Source: Eledone cirrhosa (taxonomy: Eukaryota). From it: DNA of 64,000 nt. The notes beneath the pieces were generated by a model, which was not told where the DNA came from, made no database searches, and was given only the letters and a program-made list of their open reading frames with translations. Positions 51,475-64,000 of the stretch are shown one piece after another (the first letter of the stretch is position 1; every line of letters begins with the position of its first letter). A program made the translations under genes and the position numbers. The stretch spans positions 11,408,001 through 11,472,000 of the forward strand of contig OZ024752.1 in NCBI GenBank assembly GCA_964016885.1, in the 5' to 3' direction.

Positions 51475-51519
51475 ATGACGAGTGTATATAGATCCTAGAC
51501 ACCCACATATACACACACA

Positions 51520-51536
51520 TATATATATGTGTGTAC

Positions 51537-51613
<77 letters not shown>

Positions 51614-52000
51614 GTGTATATATATATATATATATATACATGTGTATATATATATATTTATATATACATGTGTATATATATATATTTATATATACATGTG
51701 TATATATATATATTATATATACATGTGTATATATATATATTATATATACATGTGTATATATATATATTATATATACATGTGTACATATATATATATATAT
51801 TATATATACATGTGTACATATATATATATATATTATATATACATGTGTACATATATATATATATATTATATATACATGTGTACATATATATATATATATT
51901 ATATATACATGTGTACATATATATATATATATTATATATACATGTGTACATATATATATATATATGTGTGCGTGTTCATATATATATATATATATATATA
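51520..52000. repeat. TA-rich minisatellite (TATACATGTGTA-punctuated)
   Basis: Directly visible. Confidence 0.9.
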
Positions 52001-52204
52001 AAGTTATTCCGGGTTGAATCGGAGGTAACCACAGGAAGTAAGGTACTCAATACATATCAGAGTTTAAATGTTTTAATATAGAAAAGCTTCTACAGGACTA
52101 GAACTGTTTCATTCGTGAGAAATCATCAGGAAATGATTTCTCACGAATGAAACGGTTCTAGTCCTGTAGAAGCTTTTCTATATTAAAAAAATATATAGTG
52201 TGTT

Positions 52205-52248
<44 letters not shown>

Positions 52249-53549
52249 AACATACACATTTATATATTTCCATACACACACGTATATATGTGGGCCTTCC
52301 AGTTTTATACATGTCTGTGTATATTTCAATTATTTAAAAATTATGTTTAAGTGAACATGATTTTTTTTTTATATTTTCAAATGAACGTGACCCAACTGGT
52401 CACGGGTGGTCTAGTATCAATTAAAATAATAGCAACGTGATATCTAGACGAACCAAACTGATTAACTCCGTGTTGTACATAAAGCATATACTGGATCATT
52501 CTAAGAGTTGTAAGAACTAGTTAGCTCATGCTTCACTTTTGATGTTTAACAAGAGACAAGCATATCAGGAGTTGTCATGGTAATTGTAAGATTTCGTCTT
52601 ACGCCACACTGGATACTATATTAGATTGATTTTAATCAATTTAAATTCGTGGTTATCTCACCGCTGTCTGTATTCAGAATTTTAATTGATTAATATTTGT
52701 TATCATTTCAAATGCAATTTTAATTCATTAGAATATCTTGTTTCACAAACAAACTTGAAGTGAGATTACACCAACTTCAATAAATATATTCTCATAATTT
52801 CTTTTTTATTTCGTATACAACTTTTACTTGTATATGAATACTCCACTTAACATAATGTTAAGTTACTATAAAGGTAAGTAGTAGCGTCGCTGGTGTGTGT
52901 TCCTATCACGGCAGCACTTGATTTTGTCACACACCACATCCAGAAAACACAACATATTACAGACAGACTCCTTCTTAAAGTGCCACCGCCTTGAAAATAT
53001 CCACCGCGACGGACTGTGGAAATGAATCAATCGGAAAGTTAACTATGGCGAGCTATTTTCTGTAAAGGGGTGTACAACTCTTTTTAGAATATGGTCTAAA
53101 ACATTTCTCGGGAAACCGTCTGGGTCTACTAAATATCTGCAGTATTGGTAAAGCGTCGAACATGCTTCACAGCATAGTTGCAACCCTTTACGTTCAGAGT
53201 TCCATTGCAGCCGCGGTCAACTTTCCCTTTCATCCTTACGGGGGTCGATAAAATAAAGGAGCAGTACTGTACTGGGATAATTGCTGGCCTTGTGCCAAAA
53301 GTAGCAACATTATAAGGAGTTGATATTTTTTTTTTTATTCCTCTTGTATCGATGAAATATTTGTTAGATCTGTCGTGGAGGTAAAATACAGCATCAGAAA
53401 CGCATCGGGGGCAATTAATCGAAATTCCTTCCCCTTTAAAAGATCTAGTGGCCGTGTGCCTAAAGTAGAAACAATAATTATTAATTGTATTATATAACAA
53501 AGTAGTTTAAACATTATTTTAACTAAGAAAATAGTCATGTATTTTATAA

Positions 53550-54224
53550 GATGCATGTAACCTTGATTCCCTGGGCATAGATACATTGAAGCTCCGACGT
53601 CTGGCAACTGACTTCGTAAACACCCACAAATCATTAACCATCTTGCCAACAACAACCCTGAGCACCTTTTTGATTTCGATGTGTTTAACACACATGGACA
53701 TGTCTAGAAAGTCAGAAAACAGCACAGCTCCCATGACTTTCGGAAACATCTTTTCACGTACAAAGTTGCTGAAGCATGGAACAAAGTACCTGCATCAGTT
53801 GTTAGCTGTCGAGACACTGCATCCTTTAAAACTTCCATGGAACAAACTACCTGCATCAGTTGTTAGCTGTCGAGACACTGCATCCTTTAAAACTTCCATG
53901 GAACAAACTACCTGCATCAGTTGTTAGCTGCCGGGAAACTGCATCCTTTAAAACTTCCATGGAACAAACTACCTGCATCAGTTGTTAGCTGCCGGGAAAC
54001 TGCATCCTTTAAAACATCCATGCTTCCTGAGATTCGCCAACACTACACTTGATGTGTGTGTGTCCCCCTCCTCCATACACACACACACACACATGTATTT
54101 CATGACACGTACACTGTTCATTTTCCTGACATTTGCACATTATTCTATGTACTACACATGTACATTTGATGAGTTGTAGTGCACCTGAGCACTGTACACA
54201 ATAATTTTATTATTATTATATTAT
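53550..54224 (+). mobile_element. CR1-clade LINE 3' end with internal 61-bp x4 tandem repeat
   Basis: LGIDTLKLRRLATD..HK..HGH..FRKHLF..VAEAWNK.PASVV..ASFK; 3' UTR ends in (TTA)n; repeat units at 53775, 53836, 53897 and 53958. Confidence 0.85.
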
Positions 54225-54227
54225 CCA

Positions 54228-54825
54228 GGGTGGTGGATTGGCAGTATCGGTAGAGGGTCGGTCGCCATGAATTGCAGCATACGGCCCTTTATGATGAGTT
54301 CAAATCCCGCCGAGGTTAACTTTGCCTTTCATCCTTACGGGGTCGATAAAATAAAGTACCAGTCCTGCACTGGGGTTGATTTAATCGACTTTCTCTCCCC
54401 CAAATTGCTGGCCTTGTGCCTATATAAGAAACCGGTGGATTGGCAGTATCAGTGGAGGGTCAGACGCCATGCTTTGACGCATAGAGTTACGGCCCTTGTC
54501 ATTCTGAGTTCAAATCCCGCCGAGGTTAACTTTGCCTTTCATCCTTATGGGGTCGATAAAATAAAGTACCAGTAATACACTGAGTAATTTCTGGCCTTGT
54601 GCCAAAAGTAGAAACAATTATTATTATAATATCGAGGGCGGTGGATTGGCAGTACCGGTAGAGGGTCGGACGCCATGCTTTGACGCATAGAGTTACGGCC
54701 TTTTCCATTCTGAATTCAAATCCCGCCGAGATTAACTTTGCTTTTCATCCTTACGGGGTCGATAAAATAAAGTACCAGTAATGCACTGGTATAATTGCTG
54801 GCCTTGTGCCCAAAACAGAAAAATT
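54228..54825 (+). mobile_element. Three head-to-tail SINE A copies
   Basis: ~54228-54433, 54434-54620 and 54636-54825. Confidence 0.9.
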
Positions 54826-55382
54826 ATATAATTATAACTTTACTTTTAGTTGTCTTATATTTTAGACTACTTTGTGTAAAAAGACACCAGTGATTTTCCT
54901 GAACTTCTGATACTCTGCTTGATCCAATCAACCAGCAGTATAAAGCACGCTGTTGTATATCACAATTCTAATGTATAAAAAAAAACGCATCAGTTTCTTT
55001 AATGAAATATTTATTACTCACGAGATTAAATAATATATCACTAACACAACTATATTGTAGTGGTTTGAAGCAGTAACAATATTTGTTCAAGTTTAAAGCG
55101 ACCGTTAGTTTATGCCTGCAGATGGCAATAGATTTCCATATTAAGGTGTGTGCATAATAAATATCTGATATATATCTTTCGTTCAACTTTAATATTTCAA
55201 TTTACAACCAGCATGATAGAAAATTAACATTGCCAGACTTATTGTTGATTTTAAGCGTGTTGCTGGATATTACTGTCGTTCATGCAGATAATTTTATTAT
55301 GTTAAACTTGCGCAATATAGCCCCATCAAATATGGCCTTGGATGGAGTTAGACTTAGTGGTAATTTTGGAATAGAGTTATTA

Positions 55383-55447
<65 letters not shown>

Positions 55448-55758
55448 ATTAAATAAATGGAAACTATATTTATAAAACCATATTTATTTCATTATATATA
55501 TTTCAGGGATATCATATTAACAATATGCTATGCCTTCCTCAGACATAAATTGTAAATATACTCCAAATACTTGTCGAGTGCTTTTATATCAGTTATAAAT
55601 ATTTACTAGTTGTAACCCAACAATTTAAATATAACTTTCCCTATATATATATATATATATATGCGTGCGTGCGTGTGTCTGTTTGTGTATGTGTGCATAT
55701 ACATACATATATATGAATATATATATATATGTATGTGTGTGTGTGTGTATGAAATATG

Positions 55759-55799
<41 letters not shown>

Positions 55800-56000
55800 T
55801 TATGTGTACATATATATCTTATATATACACACACACATTATATATATACATACATTGTATGTGGGCGTATGTCTGTAAGTTTGTGTACCTCTTTGTGTAA
55901 CTATATATCAGCATATGCATGAGTTATAATTTTCATTCGCGCGCGTGTATATATATATATATATATATATTACATATATATATATATATATACATATATT

Positions 56001-56134
<134 letters not shown>

Positions 56135-56293
56135 TAACTCACAACATTAAGTTCTTGTCTGAATATGTCACTATCTGTAAACCAACTTTTGTATTTTATC
56201 TGATGAGTACGTGCCAAAATGTTGGTACCCTTGTAATATATATAATAAAATAAATATGGTTTTATAAAGATAGCTTCCATTTATTAATATTAT

Positions 56294-56327
<34 letters not shown>

Positions 56328-56332
<5 letters not shown>

Positions 56333-56732
56333 GTTGAGAAGGTAACACACCAGAGAGAGATATATAGTGCGCTATCAATAATACAGGGAAAAAACCACCA
56401 GTGTATGGAATCTATAACCTATGAAAGGCAGACTATTGACACGATAATTAAAAATATAGATTAAAGCGTAAATAACTATATAGTTATAAAGGTATTTATT
56501 TACGCTTTAATCTATATTTTTAATTATCGTGTCTATAGTCTGCCTTTCATAGGTTATAGATTCCATACACTGGTGGTTTTTTCCCTGTATTATTGATAGC
56601 GCACTATATATCTCTCTCTGGTGTGTTACCTTCTCAACATATTATATTTTAAAGGGCTCAGGATCTCTTCTCCTTTGAGCACATTATTTACAGGGAATAA
56701 CGACGGCCTATGCCTCCGTTAATTTATCGTGA
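56328..56732. mobile_element. Fold-back insert, ~148-bp arms plus tail
   Basis: 56328-56475 / 56496-56643; the junction overlaps the palindrome AACTATATAGTT. Confidence 0.8.
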
Positions 56733-57155
56733 TATATATATATATATATATATATGCGTGTGTGTGTGTGAGTGCAGGCCAAAGGTAATACTATTATGGC
56801 ACCTACCATAATTATATGAAGTAAATCTTTGTAAGTGTTCGTACTTAAACACTCCTATCTAGCGACGTTAAAGGAACTTTAAATTGTTTCTACCGATCTC
56901 TCGGCCACAGCTATAAATAGGCGTTCTGGAAAATCTTGAATTCAGCCTGGAGAATGGTTGAACCGACGGAGATCCAGCAACAACAAAAATAATATATATA
57001 TCGTATATATCTCAGGAGAAATGGAAGAACTAGTCCCATGGAAGCTGTTAGAATAGCAAAATACCGTCGAAACGGCGTTGGGTAAAACCTCGAATTACAG
57101 AGATCAGCGGGTAGATGTTAGTTGGCTCACAGGAAGGAAGAGAAGATAGAAAGGA

Positions 57156-57220
<65 letters not shown>

Positions 57221-57371
57221 AATAATATTTATACTTATATATGTTTTATATACAGTTATAAATATGGAGGGTACTATTTTCTATATGATGTCTATGACAC
57301 TGACAGTAGTTATGCATCTCCCTAAATATTCTGAAGACTAGGATTTTAATTACCTGTTTAAACATTCTCTA

Positions 57372-57418
57372 TACTCCGATGATTCCAGACAACCCTCTGG
57401 AAGAAACAATTGTCAGCA
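57372..57418 (+). ncRNA. Type I hammerhead ribozyme, CCGAUGA core variant
   Basis: CCGATGA-TTCCAGA-CAACCC-TCTGGAA-GAAA-CAATTG-TC-AGCA. Confidence 0.65.
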
Positions 57419-57761
57419 ATTAAATGTGTTAAACTAAGATTTGATTGTTTTAATATTTTGTATGTATATATATATATACATACATACCTTCTCGGCCCAC
57501 ATACCACAACAAAATATATATTTTGTCACATCACCAGTCTTAGGAGCAGATCGATACTGGAGTCGGGTCCGTAACTCCTATGGGTCACTTTGAGCCAACC
57601 CTCTGCGAAACGCGCGTAACAGGTCGTGGCGCAATAAATATGTTGATTTGGTACCAACACCAGTATTTCACCGTATTACCAACACTATATATATATATAT
57701 ATATAATTGTTTCTACTTCTGGCACAAGGCCAAAAATTATACCAGTGTATTACTGGTACTT

Positions 57762-57800
<39 letters not shown>

Positions 57801-58661
57801 GTGTTTGTGTGTGTATGTATGTTTGCATCCAGTGATGTAAACAAGTTTTTCTGTTTGGGCAAATGATTTCGATATTCAGAGAGTGGGGTTGGCCCCGCGC
57901 AAAGCCTTTCTTCACTTAAAAAAGCTTCAAGCACAGGCATCGCTTGATATGTGACATTTTTTGCGATGTATGATATGGCTGGCCATCAGCATCTCCCATA
58001 CAGGACTAAAACGCTTCATCCGCGATGCTCATGCTTAAGTATCAATCGATGGCATTACATGTATGTATGTATATATATATATGTATGTATGTTCTTTTGG
58101 TTTCATAATTTTATAAATGTTTACCAATAGAGAGAGAGGCGGGTCGGTTTCTAACATAGACACAAGACTCTTTCATTGGAATTTAGACAACATCAACTAG
58201 ATACGTCTGCATGTGTGCGTCTGTGTAGAGGTATGGATGTTATTGTATGTGTGGATGTGGATGTTTTGAGTTATATGTGTGCAGGTTCATATATATATAT
58301 TGTATCTTTAGATGTGTATATGCAGTTATACATGAAGAATGCTTGGAATGTTTTACATAGTTTTACTGTTCCATTAATGGGTTGTACTTGTAATTTCCTA
58401 ACTAGTTGTCTTCTTTCTGTTTCTGTGGAGTCCAGCTTCTCACGATTTGTACTGAGTCAGTTACTAACATATCTCAGGGCCCCAATAATCACAGGTATAA
58501 ATCTGATGGTATAGTAAGTGTGGAGTATCTGCAGATTCCTCATTTTTGAAATTGGGTTTGTCATTCAGAAAACCAAATGGGCCACAGTTTGCCCATGACT
58601 GCCATAGTCATTTGATTATTGGTCAGCTCATTTGGAATGATCTCAGGCTGCTTTATAAGAA

Positions 58662-58853
58662 TAATTGTTTCTACTTTTGGCACAAGGCCAGCAATTATCC
58701 CAGTGCATTACTGGTACTTTATTTTATCGACCCCGTAATGACGAAAGGCAAAGTTAACCTCAGTGGGATTAGAACTTAGAACGTAAAGGGACGTAGCTCT
58801 ATGCGACAAAGCATGCTGTCCAACACTCTACCGATACTGCCAATCCACCGCCT
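58662..58853 (-). mobile_element. SINE family A
   Basis: Family A consensus. Confidence 0.88.
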
Positions 58854-59479
58854 GATATTTGGTGTTCTGTACTAAAATACGTAAACCGTAATCGCCATCG
58901 CCGTTCAAGAAACGGTTGTTGCTTTTAACCTAGGTTAGCCCGGATTGAGCAGATGTATAATAAAACCGTAAACCTCCGAAGGTTTGTATATCTAGGAATG
59001 GTATAGGTTTCCATGTCCATACTCCCTTCCATTCTGACGTTAGAAGGACATGATTTGTGTGCAATTTACCTGCTATTTGACGCACGTTAAGGGACCACGT
59101 AAAAAAGCTGTTTTGTTTGTAACAATCTCCATCTAAAGAATGAAAAAAAAAAAAAAAGGACCAAGCAACGAAAGAAAGGGAGGGAGAAATGACAGACAGT
59201 ACACCTCAGTCTGGAATTATCACCTGATCCACCTGACAGGTGCAAAGTGTCCGAACATCGTAGAGCCGAACGCCCACCGTCATCGCCTCCATCTCTCTCG
59301 CCCTCCCCATTTCTCTGTATAGCGAGCAAATGGGGTCCCACGTGCTGGCCTCCCCACCGCCCCGGCGAACAGAATGGAAAAGACGTAACCCCATCGTTGT
59401 TGTTTAACTGCTATAAAGTAATCATAGTCACATGAAGACAATCTGAGACTTATGCGCTGGGTTAAGTTAAGTACCCTAA

Positions 59480-59701
59480 CCCTTTAACATTTACATTACT
59501 CCATATTTACTATTGTATTTTCACCGTAAACCCTTTAATTCACATAATTATCTCACATAATATTGAATCTACGAGATATTGATATTATTTATTTTGAGAA
59601 CAATACCTTAACATCAGTATGAGAGGCTGAGAAACAGCCGGTTTGAAAAGAAAGAGATGAGAAAATTCTGGCCAGATTTGGCCGGTTTAAATGCTAAAGG
59701 G
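59480..59701. mobile_element. piggyBac-like MITE
   Basis: TIRs CCCTTTAACATTTA / TAAATGCTAAAGGG, flanked by CTAA and TTAA. Confidence 0.7.
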
Positions 59702-60027
59702 TTAAGAGTATGTATCTTAGTTTTTCAGTAGACGTCATTCATATTCGATTCACTCAAGCGCGAAACATTGTCTATTTCTAATTCTCGGATAAATCTTCTG
59801 AAGTGTAACATTAGTTTCAAAAATATAATGCATGATGGGAGATCACTCCCTCTCTATCTCTTTCTCACCCACTCACCTATTCACTCATTCATAGTTCTAT
59901 TATTTCCTATGCTCTCTACCCGTTCAGAGCAAATTGTGTAAATTACTCTTTAAATTTGTTATAAATCTTGGCTTCTTTTACTTATTTTATATTACTCTTT
60001 CCTCCACCTACTTCCTGCTTACATACA

Positions 60028-60712
<685 letters not shown>

Positions 60713-61699
60713 TATAAATAGGTATGCATCCATATACAAAATATAAATTAAGATTTTTTTCATCTCAAACTTAAATGGCAGTGAAATGTGAGAGTAACGC
60801 ATGCGATTATCGAATCATACGTTTGGTTGAGGCCGAAAATTGCATCAACCACTACACTATGTCACTATATGAACACCCAGGTATTGAATCTTGCTTATAT
60901 AGAACGGATAAGGGTATATTACTTTGTTAAATCTAACGCGCAGGACCGCAAGGAATATCGTTACACTAGAACTGTTGTCACGAAAATATAAATGCCAAGC
61001 ATTTCACCAGAGGACTTAGTAGTCACCATAATATTGATATTTAAAGTAATTCGAAGGAAGTATTAAAGTGAAGGCGCTTGGCTTAGTGGTTAGAGCATTA
61101 GGCTAGCAATTGAGAGGTTGTAATTTCGATTCTCGGACCGGTTGGCTTAGTGGTTAGAGGCTTGTAATTGAGAGGTTGTGAGTTCGATTCTCGGATCAGG
61201 TGATGCGTTGTGTCCTTGAGCAAGACACTTTATTTCACGTTGCTCCAGTTTACTCAACTGTAGAAATGAGTTGCAACGTCACTGGTGCCAAGCTGTATCG
61301 GCCATTGCCTTTGCCTTGGACAACATCGGTGGCGTGGAGAGGGGAGACTGGTATTCATGGGCGACTACTGGTCTTCCACAAAACAAACTTGCCCAGGCTT
61401 GTGACTTGGAAGGAAACTTTCTAAGTGAAAAGCCCTGGTCATTCGTTGCCGAGTGGGGCCATTGAGATATTAAGATTAAGTCCCTAATCTGGGATTATAT
61501 ATATGTGTGTATAGAAGAGGGATTAAGTCTAAAATCATTTTCTTCTGCGGCTCCACGGCCCCGACGGACAGAATAGAGAAAGCGCTTCCCCGGGGAATGG
61601 TAAGGAAGGGGGGTGCGCTGGAAGAACCATTTCAAGTCGCGAGGCGCTCTGTTTATTTTATTTGAGCCCTCGTTTTCCCCTCCTTTCACACTTTGAATT

Positions 61700-62908
61700 T
61701 TCTCTTCCTTACCCCCTCTCTCACTCTCCCACTCTCCTCCTCACTCACTCCCCTCCTCTCTCTCTATCTCACTTTCTCACTCCCCTCCTCTCTCACTCTC
61801 TCACTCTCCTCCTCTCTCACTCCCCTCCTCTCTATCACTCTCCCACTCCCCTCCTCTCTCTCACTCTCTCACTCCCCTCCTCTCTCACTCTCCCACTCCC
61901 CTCCTCTCTCACTCTCCCACTCTCCTCCTCTCTCACTCTCCCACTCTCCTCCTCTCTCACTCTCCCACTCCCCTCCTCTCTCACTCTCCTCCTCTCTCAC
62001 TCCCTTCCTCTCTCCCACTCCTCTCTCTCTCACTCTCCCACTCCCCTCCTCTCTCACTCTCCTTCTCCCCTCCTCTCTCTCTATCACTCTCCCACTCTCC
62101 CACTCCCCTCCTCTCTCACTCTCTCACTCCCCTCCTCTCTCACTCTCCCACACCCCTCCTCTCTCACTCTCCTCCTCTCTCTCACTCTCCTTTTCCCCTC
62201 CTCTCTCTCTATCACTCTCCCACTCCCCTCCTCTCTCACTCCCCTCCTCTCTCACTCTTTCACTCTCCTCCTCTCTCTCACTCCCCTCCTCTCCCACTCC
62301 CCTCCTCTCTCTCACTCTCTCACTCTCCTCCTCTCTCTCACTCTCCTTTTCCCCTCCTCTCTCTCTATCACTCTCCCACTCCCCTCCTCTCTTTCACTCT
62401 CCTCCTCTCCCACTCCCCTCCTCTCTCTCACTCTCTCACTCCCCTCCTCTCTCTCACTCTCTCACTCCCCTCCTCTCTCACTCTCCTTCTCCCCTCCTCT
62501 CTCTCTCTCACTCTCCCACTCCCCTCCTCTCTCACTCCCCTCCTCTCTCACTCTTTCACTCTCCTCCTCTCCCACTCCCCTCCTCTCTCTCACTCTCCTA
62601 CTCCCCTCCTCTCTCACTCTCCCACACCCCTCCTCTCTCACTCTCCTCCTCTCCCACTCCCCTCCTCTCTCTGTCTCCCACTCCCCTCCTCCCCTCCTCT
62701 CTCTCTCTCTCACTCGCCCACTCCCCTCCTCTCTCTCTCTCTCCCCGCTCCCACTCCCTCCTCTCTCTCTCTCTCTCGCGCTCCCACTCCCCTCCTCTCT
62801 CTCTCCCGCTCCCACTCCCTCCTCTCTCTCTCGCTCCCACTCCCTTCTCTCTCTCTCACGCTCCCACCCCCCTCCTCTCTCTCAATCTTCCCCTCTCTCT
62901 CACACACC

Positions 62909-62990
<82 letters not shown>
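61700..62990. repeat. Polypyrimidine low-complexity satellite (CACTCCCCTCCTCTCT-like) ending in (CT)n
   Basis: Directly visible. Confidence 0.95.
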
Positions 62991-62992
<2 letters not shown>

Positions 62993-63538
62993 TTCTCTGT
63001 ATTGACGTTTTCTTTGCATTCACCTCTTTTAATTTCGTTTCCACTCCACAACATCTCTACATTATCTCTTAATTAAGTTATCAAAGTTCAACTTTGAACA
63101 AATGAATGAAACCAAGTCGGTTCAGATGTAAAGTTAACGCCAATATTTTCATTTCTATCTAATCTAATATTTCTGAGTAAAGTCAGTGCTAACCTATTAA
63201 ACATAGTGTCACCCTCGTTTAAATTAGTATACATCATAGGGTCAAAATCGTCAGGGGAAGTTCCAAATATTCAGTTAATCAAAATTCGAATTACGCCTAC
63301 AGTAAGGTGAAGATTATAGTAACATAAAGGTGAATATTTATCTAATTTGAGACTTTAAAGTTCCTGTGATGTTTCAGGCTTATTAAATCTTATCAGTCAA
63401 TCATGTTATTTTACATATTTGGCAGCTTTCTAAGAGAAATACAATATGGTTGAATAAAATTGTATACGGTTGGAAACTATGTAAGAATACCGTCTCCATG
63501 AAAAAGTATATTAAATCAGTTATATTAAATGTTCTTCT

Positions 63539-63739
63539 NNNNNNNNNNNNNNNNNNNNNNNNNNNNNNNNNNNNNNNNNNNNNNNNNNNNNNNNNNNNNN
63601 NNNNNNNNNNNNNNNNNNNNNNNNNNNNNNNNNNNNNNNNNNNNNNNNNNNNNNNNNNNNNNNNNNNNNNNNNNNNNNNNNNNNNNNNNNNNNNNNNNNN
63701 NNNNNNNNNNNNNNNNNNNNNNNNNNNNNNNNNNNNNNC
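63539..63739. other. Assembly gap (N run)
   Basis: About 200 N bases. Confidence 1.
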
Positions 63740-64000
63740 AATCGTAAAAATTATAAAAAGATAAATTATGACTGAAAAGTTGGAGTAAAAAAATCAGAAA
63801 GATTTCACTTAGGTTACTTAGGCGAGCCATTCAGAAAGCTTCGCGGGCGGCAGGTGGCTCATGACTGCTCTAACCATTAAGCCATAATCCTTCACACAAG
63901 ATGTAATCTAATGTTAATTGGACACAGCAGTATTATTTCAACTTACATGTAATTCATTTTATTTAATGTAATTTAATATAAATTGATTAATTCAATTTTA

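Noticed and set aside
61662-63072. 447- and 459-aa S/L/P/H-rich ORFs
   Set aside because: They are translations of a polypyrimidine low-complexity satellite.

Overview
AT-rich, microsatellite-saturated eukaryotic (animal) non-genic DNA. The two abundant tRNA-derived SINE families resemble those I know from octopod cephalopods; this is inference from recall, not a search result. I recognise no intact host protein-coding gene, rRNA, true tRNA or CRISPR array, and nearly all listed ORFs are translations of simple repeats. The window holds about 27 copies of one SINE and about 7 of a CORE-type SINE. It also holds 3' remnants of RTE, CR1, R4/Dong and CRE LINEs, a Tc1/mariner relic, MITEs, Helitron-like elements and several minisatellites. 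The most striking signal is a dense population of short elements embedded in (TA)n tracts that carry type I hammerhead ribozyme (HHR) motifs with palindromic stem III. These occur as (i) three non-coding, terminally redundant units of about 473, 476-482 and 594 nt (retrozyme-like / non-autonomous Penelope-like elements), (ii) about a dozen fold-back palindromes whose junctions often fall at the HHR, and (iii) two decayed Penelope GIY-YIG ORF ends joined head-to-head to an HHR-bearing terminal repeat. Two unrelated families show the compensatory U3-A8 catalytic-core variant. One Naiad-like GIY-YIG fragment has an in-frame TGA exactly at a conserved Cys position (possible selenocysteine). All structures were read by eye; element boundaries are approximate.
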